Virus record (IMG/VR): IMGVR_UViG_3300000279_000100
Origin: a virus
Direction: 5' to 3' (one strand)
Length of the DNA stretch: 33,290 nt
Positions 9,017 through 17,484 of the stretch are shown one piece after another. Below the pieces are notes generated by a model. The model was not told where the DNA came from. It saw only the letters and a list, made by a program, of their open reading frames with translations, and did no database searches. The position numbers were made by a program, and so were the translations under genes. The first letter of the stretch is position 1. Every line of letters starts with the position of its first letter.

Positions 9017-10672
9017 TTATTTACCCGCTTTCTTAGTAACCGTCTTTCTTCTTGTTGCCGGCTTCTTAGCTGCCGGCTTTTTCTTTTCTTCTGCTTCGTT
9101 ACTCTCTTCTGCAGATGCTTCCGTTTCCTGCATAGGTTCTTCTGCAGAATCTTCTGTTTTCTGTTCTGCAGGAACAACGTCAACCGCTTCTGCAGGAATA
9201 ATGTCGCCATCCGGGCCATTACCCGCTTTGTCAGCTTCTGTCAAGCCTTCCGCCAAGATACCGTTTGCATAGAACATATTGTCACCGGTCAATTCCAGTT
9301 CATAAACCTTTTCTTTTCGACCGGTTTCTACAATTGATGTAATCGGTTCAAATCCGTTTACTGTCATGACACTCTCACCTTCGGAAAGTTCGGTTAAAGG
9401 TTTCTTTCCATCAGGCGTCATGAATACTTCCGTCTGTGTGGTTTCTACCGTGCAGGATGGCGTGCGCAGTTCATAAATATCCGCCTCGCCCATATTATGA
9501 AGTTCTGTAACCTCATTCACTGCGCCAAGAGAAACAACCTGATCACCAAATGTCATCTGTTCAATGGCAACTGCACCTTCCGGTGTTGAAATTTCTGTTC
9601 CTACTGTAAAGCATGCAAAATAACTTCCTAATCCGCTCATAAGACCTCCAAAGAATCCGCCGCTCCCTTGACGTACAACCGTCTGTGCAGGAGAAGCTAC
9701 TGAATACCGCTGTTGTGATAATTGAGATAATAACCCTTGCGTTGGTGCGTTCTGTCCTGTCGCCATCGCTAAATATTTCATCGGCGTGTTGGTCGCCGCT
9801 TCCTGCGCCGTTGCCGCTGTTTTAATCGGATCCGTTGCCATCTGCTGCGACTGGTTCGCCAGCTGTGACAGCGTTGAAATCCCCTGCTGCCGGTTGTTAA
9901 AATTCGTATTTGCCAAATCAGCCTGCTGCCCGTAGCCGGAAAGTTGGTTCCTGAACATATCACCCAATAGCCCCGCCTTACCGTTAATGCCCGCCAATTG
10001 ACTGTTATAGGCCTGTCCGGCAAGCCCCGCAGCTGTCTGCATATCATTTCCATACTGCGCGGCCAGCGTATTGGACGCATTTCGGGAAATATCATTGAAT
10101 GCGCTGTCCGCCTGTGAAGAATTAATAATTCCCCGGCTGGCCAGTCCGGACAATGTATTCCCGACTGTATTCGTTAAATCAGCTTGTAATGCCTTTTGTC
10201 GATTTTCCGCATAAGAAGATGGCAGCACACCGTTTAACAATCCTTGCATAGCAGTATTATTATTCTGCATGGCCGTATTGTATTCGGACGCCAGTTCTTT
10301 ATTTCCCTGCGTCATAGACTGAATAGCATTCCCCAGCAGCCCAGAGAAACGATTGTTAGCCGCTGCATTAGCGTCTGTATTTGCATTTACTTGCGGAATC
10401 AATCCTTGTACCAATTGATTATTGGCGGCTGTCTGATTCTGCGCTCGGTCATACAATGTCTGCCAGTTGGGATTCGGTGTAACCTGTTGGCTGCTTAGTG
10501 CTTGATTAGCCATATTCAGTAGGTTTTGTGCCACCGGCTGTGTAGTCTGTGCCCATTTCAGCTGTTCGCCAAGCAGCCCTTTTTCCTCATCGGACATCTG
10601 GGGTACTTGCGCCGGTGTTGTCGTTATCTTTGTCCCCTTTTTCCCGAACAGCTGTAAATCAAATAATAGCAT
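9017..10672 (-). CDS. N/Q-rich virion protein with C-terminal Hint (bacterial intein-like) domain, acidic linker and lysine-rich basic tail.
   Basis: 551 aa. GSYFA|CFTVGTEISTPEGAVAIEQMTFGDQVV matches Hint block A. TELH is block B. VYELELTGDNMFYANGILAEG matches the C-terminal blocks but lacks the His-Asn dipeptide. Tail KKKPAAKKPATRRKTVTKKAGK. N-terminus MLLFDLQLFGKKG. Confidence 0.6.
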   Translation of the reverse strand: MLLFDLQLFGKKGTKITTTPAQVPQMSDEEKGLLGEQLKWAQTTQPVAQNLLNMANQALSSQQVTPNPNWQTLYDRAQNQTAANNQLVQGLIPQVNANTDANAAANNRFSGLLGNAIQSMTQGNKELASEYNTAMQNNNTAMQGLLNGVLPSSYAENRQKALQADLTNTVGNTLSGLASRGIINSSQADSAFNDISRNASNTLAAQYGNDMQTAAGLAGQAYNSQLAGINGKAGLLGDMFRNQLSGYGQQADLANTNFNNRQQGISTLSQLANQSQQMATDPIKTAATAQEAATNTPMKYLAMATGQNAPTQGLLSQLSQQRYSVASPAQTVVRQGSGGFFGGLMSGLGSYFACFTVGTEISTPEGAVAIEQMTFGDQVVSLGAVNEVTELHNMGEADIYELRTPSCTVETTQTEVFMTPDGKKPLTELSEGESVMTVNGFEPITSIVETGRKEKVYELELTGDNMFYANGILAEGLTEADKAGNGPDGDIIPAEAVDVVPAEQKTEDSAEEPMQETEASAEESNEAEEKKKPAAKKPATRRKTVTKKAGK

Positions 10673-10684
10673 GCAATCTCCTTT

Positions 10685-11086
10685 CTAATGTAGATTCTCA
10701 ATTGTGCCAGTCAGCACATAGTAATGACGCCCCTCGTAGTCATAATCCTGTTCCGGATGGTGAATCATTTTCCATCTGCGTATATGTGCTTTCGGATTGC
10801 GCGTCGTCATTGTCACGATATCTTTTACTTCGTTAAGCGCCATCACCTCTCTGATGTAGTCAACCATTTTGTGAAACTTGCCGTATGTTTCAAGAATTTG
10901 GAAATAAACGATTCCCTCATACTTAATCAACTGCCAGAAAAGAAATCCGGCATTCGGAAAAAACTTGAAATGAGTTCCCTGTTTATCATGAAGATCATCA
11001 TCAAAAGAGAACCCTTCAAAGCTGACGGATTCGCCAGTGATACGTTCATAATCTTTTATCATTTCCTGTAAACTTGATAATTTCAA
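10685..11086 (-). CDS. Hypothetical protein in AT-leaning tail-module insert.
   Basis: 133 aa. Weak RBS AGGGTGATGAG before the ATG. No motif recognised. Confidence 0.4.
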   Translation of the reverse strand: MKLSSLQEMIKDYERITGESVSFEGFSFDDDLHDKQGTHFKFFPNAGFLFWQLIKYEGIVYFQILETYGKFHKMVDYIREVMALNEVKDIVTMTTRNPKAHIRRWKMIHHPEQDYDYEGRHYYVLTGTIENLH

Positions 11087-11109
11087 TTCATCTCATCACC
11101 CTATCTTGT

Positions 11110-11604
11110 TCATGAATTATTGATCTCTTGTGACCACCAAACGATAAGCGGGTCATTTGCTTCAAACAAAGAAACGAGAACATTCCCCCCAACGTATATC
11201 ACCCATTTATGTTCTTTGAAACTTTTAACACACATAAACGTGTAAACTGTTCCCGGAGTGACATTTACATATTTATCCCATTCTCCCGCCGATGTACATT
11301 TTATTTTCGTAATCAATCGAGGACATGTCCAGTCATAAGACGCACCATTATAATTTTGTGCTGTAAAGCTGCCAGTTGGGATTGCTACTTTTAAAATCGC
11401 AAATTCCCGTCTTGCACTGGCTACATAACACCGTAAAGGACTTGCCTGCGGGTCATTAAACTCCCCCAGTTTTACATAGCCATCTCTTCCGTCTACGTTG
11501 ACATACGTTCGCGGGTCTGGACATTCGTTCTGGTCATCATATACATCACACTGTCCTGTTTCCCCGTTCTCTTTCTGATAACATAAATGTTTAAAAACAC
11601 TCAT
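11110..11604 (-). CDS. Cysteine-rich hypothetical protein; possible tail accessory.
   Basis: GAGGTGG RBS before the ATG at 11604 (MSVFKHL...). The ORF extends further to 11643. About 10 Cys in 164 aa. Confidence 0.4.
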   Translation of the reverse strand: MSVFKHLCYQKENGETGQCDVYDDQNECPDPRTYVNVDGRDGYVKLGEFNDPQASPLRCYVASARREFAILKVAIPTGSFTAQNYNGASYDWTCPRLITKIKCTSAGEWDKYVNVTPGTVYTFMCVKSFKEHKWVIYVGGNVLVSLFEANDPLIVWWSQEINNS

Positions 11605-11614
11605 GAACACCACC

Positions 11615-12979
11615 TCACGTAAACCATATGTAATTATTACCAATTTTTAGCTTATTCTCATTGTTTGTGCCCACAATCTGATACCAATTGTTTGTGTTAT
11701 CTATCTCATCTGGTGTATTCAGATAGCGATAAAACAAGCCGTTAGAATTAGCAAAAAACAGCTGTGTTATTAATGCTCGTCCGTCATGTGCTGGATAAGC
11801 ACTTATTAAAACAGTTCCCCATTGCTTATTGCCGTTAATTACAATTTCATAGGCACGATACGCACGACAAGCATAGACTTGCTCATCTTTATAATGTTGA
11901 CGCAACCAGTCATTCATTTGTTGTGTACCATCAAAAGAACCAGAACACAAATTGCCATCAAATGCCTTTGCGACAATATCAGCTAATCCGCCCTGCGTGC
12001 CATTGCCAAAACGATATGTGTTAATATTGTGGTCACGAAAGCCGAATTGTATGGTATTTTCGGTTCCCGCAAAATTAACTTCGTTACTATAAGTTACCGG
12101 CAAAGGAATCCCTTCACGATAATAGCGGGAATCAGCCTTATCCTTAGTGTAGTAATTATCGGGATCAAATATTTCTTTTTTGTTTGCTATATCTATCGTT
12201 ATTTTCGAACCATCTGCATCCGGAGTAATTTTAATGTTATCCCCAGCGATTAATTCAAGGACAGCCTGTTTCACTGCCGCAACAAGTTCTTTATCACCGA
12301 TTTTTACTTTAGAAAATGCGTTTTGATTAACTTCTGCCTTGTCTTCAATACCTGACAGCTTTTCTTTTTCAGCATCCGTCATTTCTACCGCTGCCGCATT
12401 ATTCATATATTCAATCTTTGTTACGCTGGTTGCATTCGTCGTTACCGCTGCAATAAAAACTCTTACGAATGCTTTCCATTCTGTACCATTGTAGTAATAC
12501 ATCTTCTGCTCAAGTGTGTTGAACACATGAGTATTTGTTGCGACGCCGGATGGCAAAGAAGCAGAAAATACTGGTTTTGTTGTTACGCTTCCGTAAGACA
12601 AAGCACCCGCGTTATTTCGTTCTACAAACAGATAGCTTATTGCGTTAATTGGCAGCGTCCATGCGCTGATTTTCTTGTTAATTGTTTCTACGTAATCTTT
12701 CGCGCCGTTTTCATCAAAACCATCTGCCAGCGTTAAAACAACAGGTATCACACTTCCGTCAATAATGACCGACAATCCATCGCCGGAAAGAAAACTGTAC
12801 TTCCCGCCGCTGTTTTTTCCGTATAAAATGCGCTGCCGAAGACCACTCCCGCCGCCTTTTGATTGTGCGGAAAGCGCATTCCCGATTGTCTTGATTTCTT
12901 CCCTATTCTTTAGTACAGCTTCTTTCGTGCTGTCTCCCTGCGGCGTCGGGTTCAAAGGATATTTTTCCGTATAAGGCAT
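11615..12979 (-). CDS. Putative tail needle, fiber or receptor-binding protein.
   Basis: 454 aa. Sits downstream of the hub-like gene. Central helical, repeat-poor region and C-terminal globular part. Assigned by position only. Confidence 0.35.
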   Translation of the reverse strand: MPYTEKYPLNPTPQGDSTKEAVLKNREEIKTIGNALSAQSKGGGSGLRQRILYGKNSGGKYSFLSGDGLSVIIDGSVIPVVLTLADGFDENGAKDYVETINKKISAWTLPINAISYLFVERNNAGALSYGSVTTKPVFSASLPSGVATNTHVFNTLEQKMYYYNGTEWKAFVRVFIAAVTTNATSVTKIEYMNNAAAVEMTDAEKEKLSGIEDKAEVNQNAFSKVKIGDKELVAAVKQAVLELIAGDNIKITPDADGSKITIDIANKKEIFDPDNYYTKDKADSRYYREGIPLPVTYSNEVNFAGTENTIQFGFRDHNINTYRFGNGTQGGLADIVAKAFDGNLCSGSFDGTQQMNDWLRQHYKDEQVYACRAYRAYEIVINGNKQWGTVLISAYPAHDGRALITQLFFANSNGLFYRYLNTPDEIDNTNNWYQIVGTNNENKLKIGNNYIWFT

Positions 12980-14404
12980 TTAAACCTCCTCGTAAGTATA
13001 ATCAAACTGCCGCAAAGCGATAGCGCCCTTGGCAACAAATATTTTTATCTGCAGATGGCGGTTCGCTCCGCCGCCGATCTTATTTACTTTCGTATACTCA
13101 TTGCTATTCAGCCTGCCGATTGAATTAATCAACTTTTCATTCGCATAGTATAACTTTGTACCAGCCGCTTTGAATGTAACAGGTTTTGCCCGTTTATCGC
13201 TGATTGTAATGCTGCCATAACCTTCAATGCGGTTACTTGATACAAAATTATATGAAAACAGCAGCAAGAACAGTCTTTGCGCCAATCGGTTACCTGAAAC
13301 AATCGACGTCGTAATCTGTTCTCCATCATCAGTATCTATACTTGAATCAAGAATGCCTATCTTGTTGCCATATGCAATGTAAATCTCTTTACCGACGGTC
13401 AGGACATCATGCAGATCATGAACGAAACTTCTTGAAGTAAAAACACCTCTTCCATCTTCATATCTCGGTAGATAGTGATAAATAAACACATCTTGATTTT
13501 TTCCCGGTTTAATCCACAGCTGTTTTTTGCCGGGGAGGTGCCACATTCTGGCTTTTTCTGTCGTGATAGTTGTCAACTGTGCATTGATATTAAGACCTAC
13601 CTCAGAAGGCTGAATATTTGCATACGTGTTCGTTGGCACAAAGCTCATTAATCCTGCGTTACCCAGATAATAACTTCGGTCATCAATGCTGATAGAACTA
13701 CCGCAACACAAAGCCGTTTCAGAAAGAGGATAAACAGCAAGTGTTTTCTCATGGGGATTACCCACAACTTGATATGCCCTACCGTATTCTTTATATACAA
13801 TGATTGCTTTTGATAAGAAATCAATAGCTATAATACAGCCGGGATCTTTATAACCAACCTCTACATACTGCGCAGAAGCGGAATTATTGCTGTCCGGCGT
13901 CCACGATCTATAATCACCAACAGCTGACCATGTGATACGGTGTCCATAAATAGACGCCACAATGACAGAGCCGCTGTGGCTGCTCACAAACTCGCAAGTA
14001 GGGCTTTCATCTACAGTAGACAGCACGCCAGCACCGGAAACAGCCTGCAATTTACCGCCGGAAGCAATCAAAATGTCATGATCAAAAGCATGATACTTCG
14101 GAGTGCTGTTCCCCGTTAGCGTTCCCAGCGGCGTTACTGTTACCCAATCTGCCGTTTTGTACAAATCACGTCCGCAGGAAAAGTAAAACTGCTTGCGGTA
14201 ATTGTCATAATACAGGCTCTCGATATCCGCCGTTCCCGTATAAATTGTTTTTACGCCGGGTATCGTTTGAAGCGCACCGTCTGTCGGACTGTATTCACAG
14301 TTAATCGCCTGCGTCAGACTTTGAATATCAATGCTTTCCGCAGGCTTGCTCCAGTCCAATCCTAATCTGAAACCGTTTGTCGAAGCAAAGAAACGCTCAC
14401 CCAT
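12980..14404 (-). CDS. Putative tail hub/nozzle protein (P22 gp10-like by size and position).
   Basis: 474 aa. Third gene after the capsid gene. Beta-rich composition. No motif confirmed. Confidence 0.35.
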   Translation of the reverse strand: MGERFFASTNGFRLGLDWSKPAESIDIQSLTQAINCEYSPTDGALQTIPGVKTIYTGTADIESLYYDNYRKQFYFSCGRDLYKTADWVTVTPLGTLTGNSTPKYHAFDHDILIASGGKLQAVSGAGVLSTVDESPTCEFVSSHSGSVIVASIYGHRITWSAVGDYRSWTPDSNNSASAQYVEVGYKDPGCIIAIDFLSKAIIVYKEYGRAYQVVGNPHEKTLAVYPLSETALCCGSSISIDDRSYYLGNAGLMSFVPTNTYANIQPSEVGLNINAQLTTITTEKARMWHLPGKKQLWIKPGKNQDVFIYHYLPRYEDGRGVFTSRSFVHDLHDVLTVGKEIYIAYGNKIGILDSSIDTDDGEQITTSIVSGNRLAQRLFLLLFSYNFVSSNRIEGYGSITISDKRAKPVTFKAAGTKLYYANEKLINSIGRLNSNEYTKVNKIGGGANRHLQIKIFVAKGAIALRQFDYTYEEV

Positions 14405-14405
14405 A

Positions 14406-14876
14406 TTATCGCCCTCTTGCCGCTTGGATTGCCGTTGTTAAATCAGCAATAAACGCTTTATCTGCACTGGCATAATCCAGCATTAAAGATTTCTTTTTGA
14501 CAAGAAATGAGACCAGCTGCACAAGCACGAAATGAAAGATTTCGCTGAATGGAATCGAATCAGTTTCATCCGATATATGCGGCTTTTTCACAGCGTAAAA
14601 TACATCATTGACAGTCTTTCCACCGTACGTCTGGAAAGACCCGTTCACAATGCGGACAGGGTAACCCGCCGTAGGAATAAACGCTGTAAAATCACCGGGT
14701 ACCGGATTATTGTCGTTAATGTCCATACTTTTTACAACTTCCCTGTCTTTCATCGGGACCAAAATCATCACGAGACAATCAATGGCTGCATTAATATAGG
14801 GGATGTATTCCGCACTGTCATCTAATATTTCATTTGTGTCCAGATTAATCATCGTAATCAGTTCGCCTGCTGTCAT
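14406..14876 (-). CDS. Putative head-completion/tail-adaptor protein.
   Basis: Start is ambiguous: ATG at 14876 with AAGGGGGG RBS, or ATG at 14852. The ORF is open up to 14963. Confidence 0.35.
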   Translation of the reverse strand: MTAGELITMINLDTNEILDDSAEYIPYINAAIDCLVMILVPMKDREVVKSMDINDNNPVPGDFTAFIPTAGYPVRIVNGSFQTYGGKTVNDVFYAVKKPHISDETDSIPFSEIFHFVLVQLVSFLVKKKSLMLDYASADKAFIADLTTAIQAARGR

Positions 14877-15396
14877 ACGGCCAATACCCCCTTGCAATAA
14901 AACCGCTTTCATCGTCCATTTGACGTGCCATTTCGGAAATCGTATCTTCCCATCCGGAAACAAACGATAAATCCGCCTTCAGGATCCGCGCTACCATATA
15001 ATTTACAAGAAGACTTTCTATTTCCGCCGGATAATCGCTTTCATCATCCATCTCTTTATAATCTGCAGACGGGATATATACGACGGTTAATCCTCGTTGC
15101 AGCGCATTTTTCGCAGTAATGATTTTGTGGCCTTCCATCGTGTAATCAACAGAATGACCATACATATCCTTTACTGATACAATCTGCAATGCGAAAGAAG
15201 AAAGCGCAATCGTCGGCCTGTTCGGAATTCCCGTCTCCGTTACACGTAAAATATCCGGAATATACCGCAGTACAATCTTATGCAGAATATGATTTCCTTC
15301 GTTATAAAACTCCAGAAACTGATACGGCGTGTAGTTCACCTGCGACGTATCGCCCACCTGCATATACGCACGGTTAATCAAATCTCTTACTGTCAT
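14845..15396 (-). CDS. Putative head-to-tail connector (P22 gp4-like position).
   Basis: 183 aa. First gene after the capsid terminator. AAGGAG RBS. Confidence 0.35.
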   Translation of the reverse strand: MTVRDLINRAYMQVGDTSQVNYTPYQFLEFYNEGNHILHKIVLRYIPDILRVTETGIPNRPTIALSSFALQIVSVKDMYGHSVDYTMEGHKIITAKNALQRGLTVVYIPSADYKEMDDESDYPAEIESLLVNYMVARILKADLSFVSGWEDTISEMARQMDDESGFIARGYWPYDSRRTDYDD

Positions 15397-15408
15397 GGTT
15401 ACTCCTTA

Positions 15409-15439
15409 AGAAAAGGAAAGAGGGCTTTTACAGCCCTCA
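15409..15439 (-). terminator. Intrinsic terminator directly after the major capsid gene.
   Basis: Minus strand reads GAGGGCT-GTAAAA-AGCCCTC followed by TTTCCTTTTCTT, then the AAGGAG RBS of the next gene. Confidence 0.55.
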
Positions 15440-15456
15440 CCTTATCTCCATTGCAA

Positions 15457-16425
15457 TTACTCTACAGCACCACCGGTCATGACCTGAATCACGCCATAAT
15501 CTTTGCTGTTGTAGATGGATTTTTCAATGCCGCCGAAGAACGCGATACCGTTCCCCTGTACATTGCCGTAATCATCCTCATCTTTAATGAAGCGAGCCTC
15601 GCGGGCTACAGCGAAGCATGCCGCCTGCTGCCCTAAAAGCAAATTATGAACAACATTTGCGGAAGACGCACCGGTTTTCGTATTCATGATACGTTCATAT
15701 TCATACAGAACGACGCCGTCATATTCGCCGAGCGCTCCAGTGAAAATCGGGTTTTTGCTGCCGCGGATTGCCGCGTTCTGCTGTGCCGCCTGCCATACCG
15801 GATCTGCTTTCAAGTCACGCGCTGCCCATGTGCCGACAAGCATGATGTATTTCTCCTGTCCGTCAATCTTAAGCGGTTTCACTGTCGGTTCATGCATTTT
15901 AGCCTTGCGTTTTGCGCGGCCGATTACCGCACAGGTCAGCTTGTCATTAGCCGTTAAAGAAACCTCTGTTCCTGCCGTAGACGCAATAAGACGTTCACCG
16001 GTTGTCGGATTGGCGGTCAATGCGGAAATCAGCTTGTTATCTTTCCAGTCAGACAGCCACTGCACCAATACCCCCTTGATAAGAGGCAAATTTTCGTACG
16101 GAGATTTCTGGTCATCCGCCTCAAAGCGCGTAACTGCGTTTCTGACCAAAGTAGTCTTTACGCTGAAATCATACATCTGCATTTCTTCTTCATTGCCTTT
16201 AAGCGTGTTGTTACCAGAAACACCGTTCCCTTTAAGATTCATTGCCAGTCCAAAGTTTACTTCATCGCCTTTAGCCTGTTTTAGATCTTTATTCGTATGA
16301 ACAACATTACTCCCATTAGTAGATGTAAACTTATCAAAATAAGAAGCTTTTAAACCTTCTCTCCATACCTTTTTCGTCCAGAGCTTAGGAACTAATTTTT
16401 CAGGAATTTTAAATTCATGTGCCAT
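15457..16425 (-). CDS. Major capsid protein.
   Basis: 322 aa. Immediately downstream of the scaffold gene and followed by an attenuating terminator. Assigned by position; no motif confirmed. Confidence 0.55.
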   Translation of the reverse strand: MAHEFKIPEKLVPKLWTKKVWREGLKASYFDKFTSTNGSNVVHTNKDLKQAKGDEVNFGLAMNLKGNGVSGNNTLKGNEEEMQMYDFSVKTTLVRNAVTRFEADDQKSPYENLPLIKGVLVQWLSDWKDNKLISALTANPTTGERLIASTAGTEVSLTANDKLTCAVIGRAKRKAKMHEPTVKPLKIDGQEKYIMLVGTWAARDLKADPVWQAAQQNAAIRGSKNPIFTGALGEYDGVVLYEYERIMNTKTGASSANVVHNLLLGQQAACFAVAREARFIKDEDDYGNVQGNGIAFFGGIEKSIYNSKDYGVIQVMTGGAVE

Positions 16426-16451
16426 ATTTCATTCTCCTTTTTGTAAAATAA

Positions 16452-17360
16452 TTAATCACCGCAGAGGTCATCAATCTGCTTTCTGATTTCCGCCGGCAGC
16501 TCACTTTCACGACCCTCTTCCACATATTTGAGGATTTCTTCCTCAGACAGTTTCGCGCCGGTCGGAGCACCGCCGTTTAACGCGCTTGCTTTGGGCAGTG
16601 TTTTTGCCGTTTCAAGCGGATTTTGCACAGGTGCGGCCATCGCCGATTTTACTTTTTCAGCAAAATCACGAATAACTTTGAAGTCTGCATCTGTACCTAC
16701 CCCATGATCAACACGGTTGAATGCCGCATCAATCGGGGCAGCGTCTTTTCGCGTCATGCCGTCCAGCATTTCAGTGCCTTTCTGCCACAGCTCGCCGATA
16801 TTCGGAATAGCCTTAAGCTCGCCAATAAACGCTACATTTTTCTGATAGGTTTCCTGCCGCTCTTCCTGCTGGCGTGTCATCTGATATTCAATCCGTGCCT
16901 GTTCATGAAGCAGTTCCTGATACTTCTGGGCGTCAGTGAACATCAAATCAGACGCGTCATCAATTTTGAGCCGACGTGCGGCTTCCTGCTGCGCATAACT
17001 GCGAATTTGATTCAAATCTTCCGGAGATAATACCGGTTTCTGTGACATGCTCATCTGCGAACGCAAAGTATTAGCCGCTTCTTCGGCCGCTTTCCTGCGA
17101 GCCCTTTCTTCTGCCAGTGCTTTCTTCAAATCACCGCCTGCCGGATTGTCTTCTGGTTCTTTTGTCGGTTCAATTTTCGTTTTAGGTTCCGATTCAGGAT
17201 CAGGGTCAGTTTTCGGCTGTCCGTCTGCAGAATTGTCTTCCGGTTTCTCTGGATCATTACCCGCTGAAGTTGCCGGTTCCTGCTTATCAAGACCTGCTTC
17301 TTTCAAATCTTCTGCATCGAATCCCAAATCTTCTGCGTTGAGCATTGCTTCGTTTTCCAT
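16452..17360 (-). CDS. Scaffolding protein.
   Basis: 302 aa. Very acidic, low-complexity N-terminus and helical charged body. Lies between portal and capsid. GAAGGAG RBS. Confidence 0.55.
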   Translation of the reverse strand: MENEAMLNAEDLGFDAEDLKEAGLDKQEPATSAGNDPEKPEDNSADGQPKTDPDPESEPKTKIEPTKEPEDNPAGGDLKKALAEERARRKAAEEAANTLRSQMSMSQKPVLSPEDLNQIRSYAQQEAARRLKIDDASDLMFTDAQKYQELLHEQARIEYQMTRQQEERQETYQKNVAFIGELKAIPNIGELWQKGTEMLDGMTRKDAAPIDAAFNRVDHGVGTDADFKVIRDFAEKVKSAMAAPVQNPLETAKTLPKASALNGGAPTGAKLSEEEILKYVEEGRESELPAEIRKQIDDLCGD

Positions 17361-17484
17361 TATTATCTCCTTCTGCCGTTTTAACGACGTCGGCGGTCGA
17401 ATGATTTTTTGTAGTTTACCGTCTCTTTTCGGACGAAAGAAAAAAGCCTTTTAACGTCGTTGCTTAGGACGATATATCAAGGCA

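Noticed and set aside
9017-10672. 551-aa N/Q-rich protein as a tape measure protein.
   Set aside because: It carries a C-terminal Hint domain and a basic tail. It has no Ala/Gly-rich helical repeats or TM segments. No tube or chaperone genes are nearby.
11615-12979. Diversity-generating retroelement targeting the putative receptor-binding protein.
   Set aside because: No reverse transcriptase gene and no template/variable repeat pair anywhere in the window.
926-16300. Plus-strand ORFs of 60-200 aa inside the large minus-strand genes, for example 926..1213, 5074..5511, 8766..8987, 15686..16300 and 17047..17454.
   Set aside because: They are antisense shadow ORFs within confidently assigned structural genes. 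They have no RBS and their products are low-complexity.
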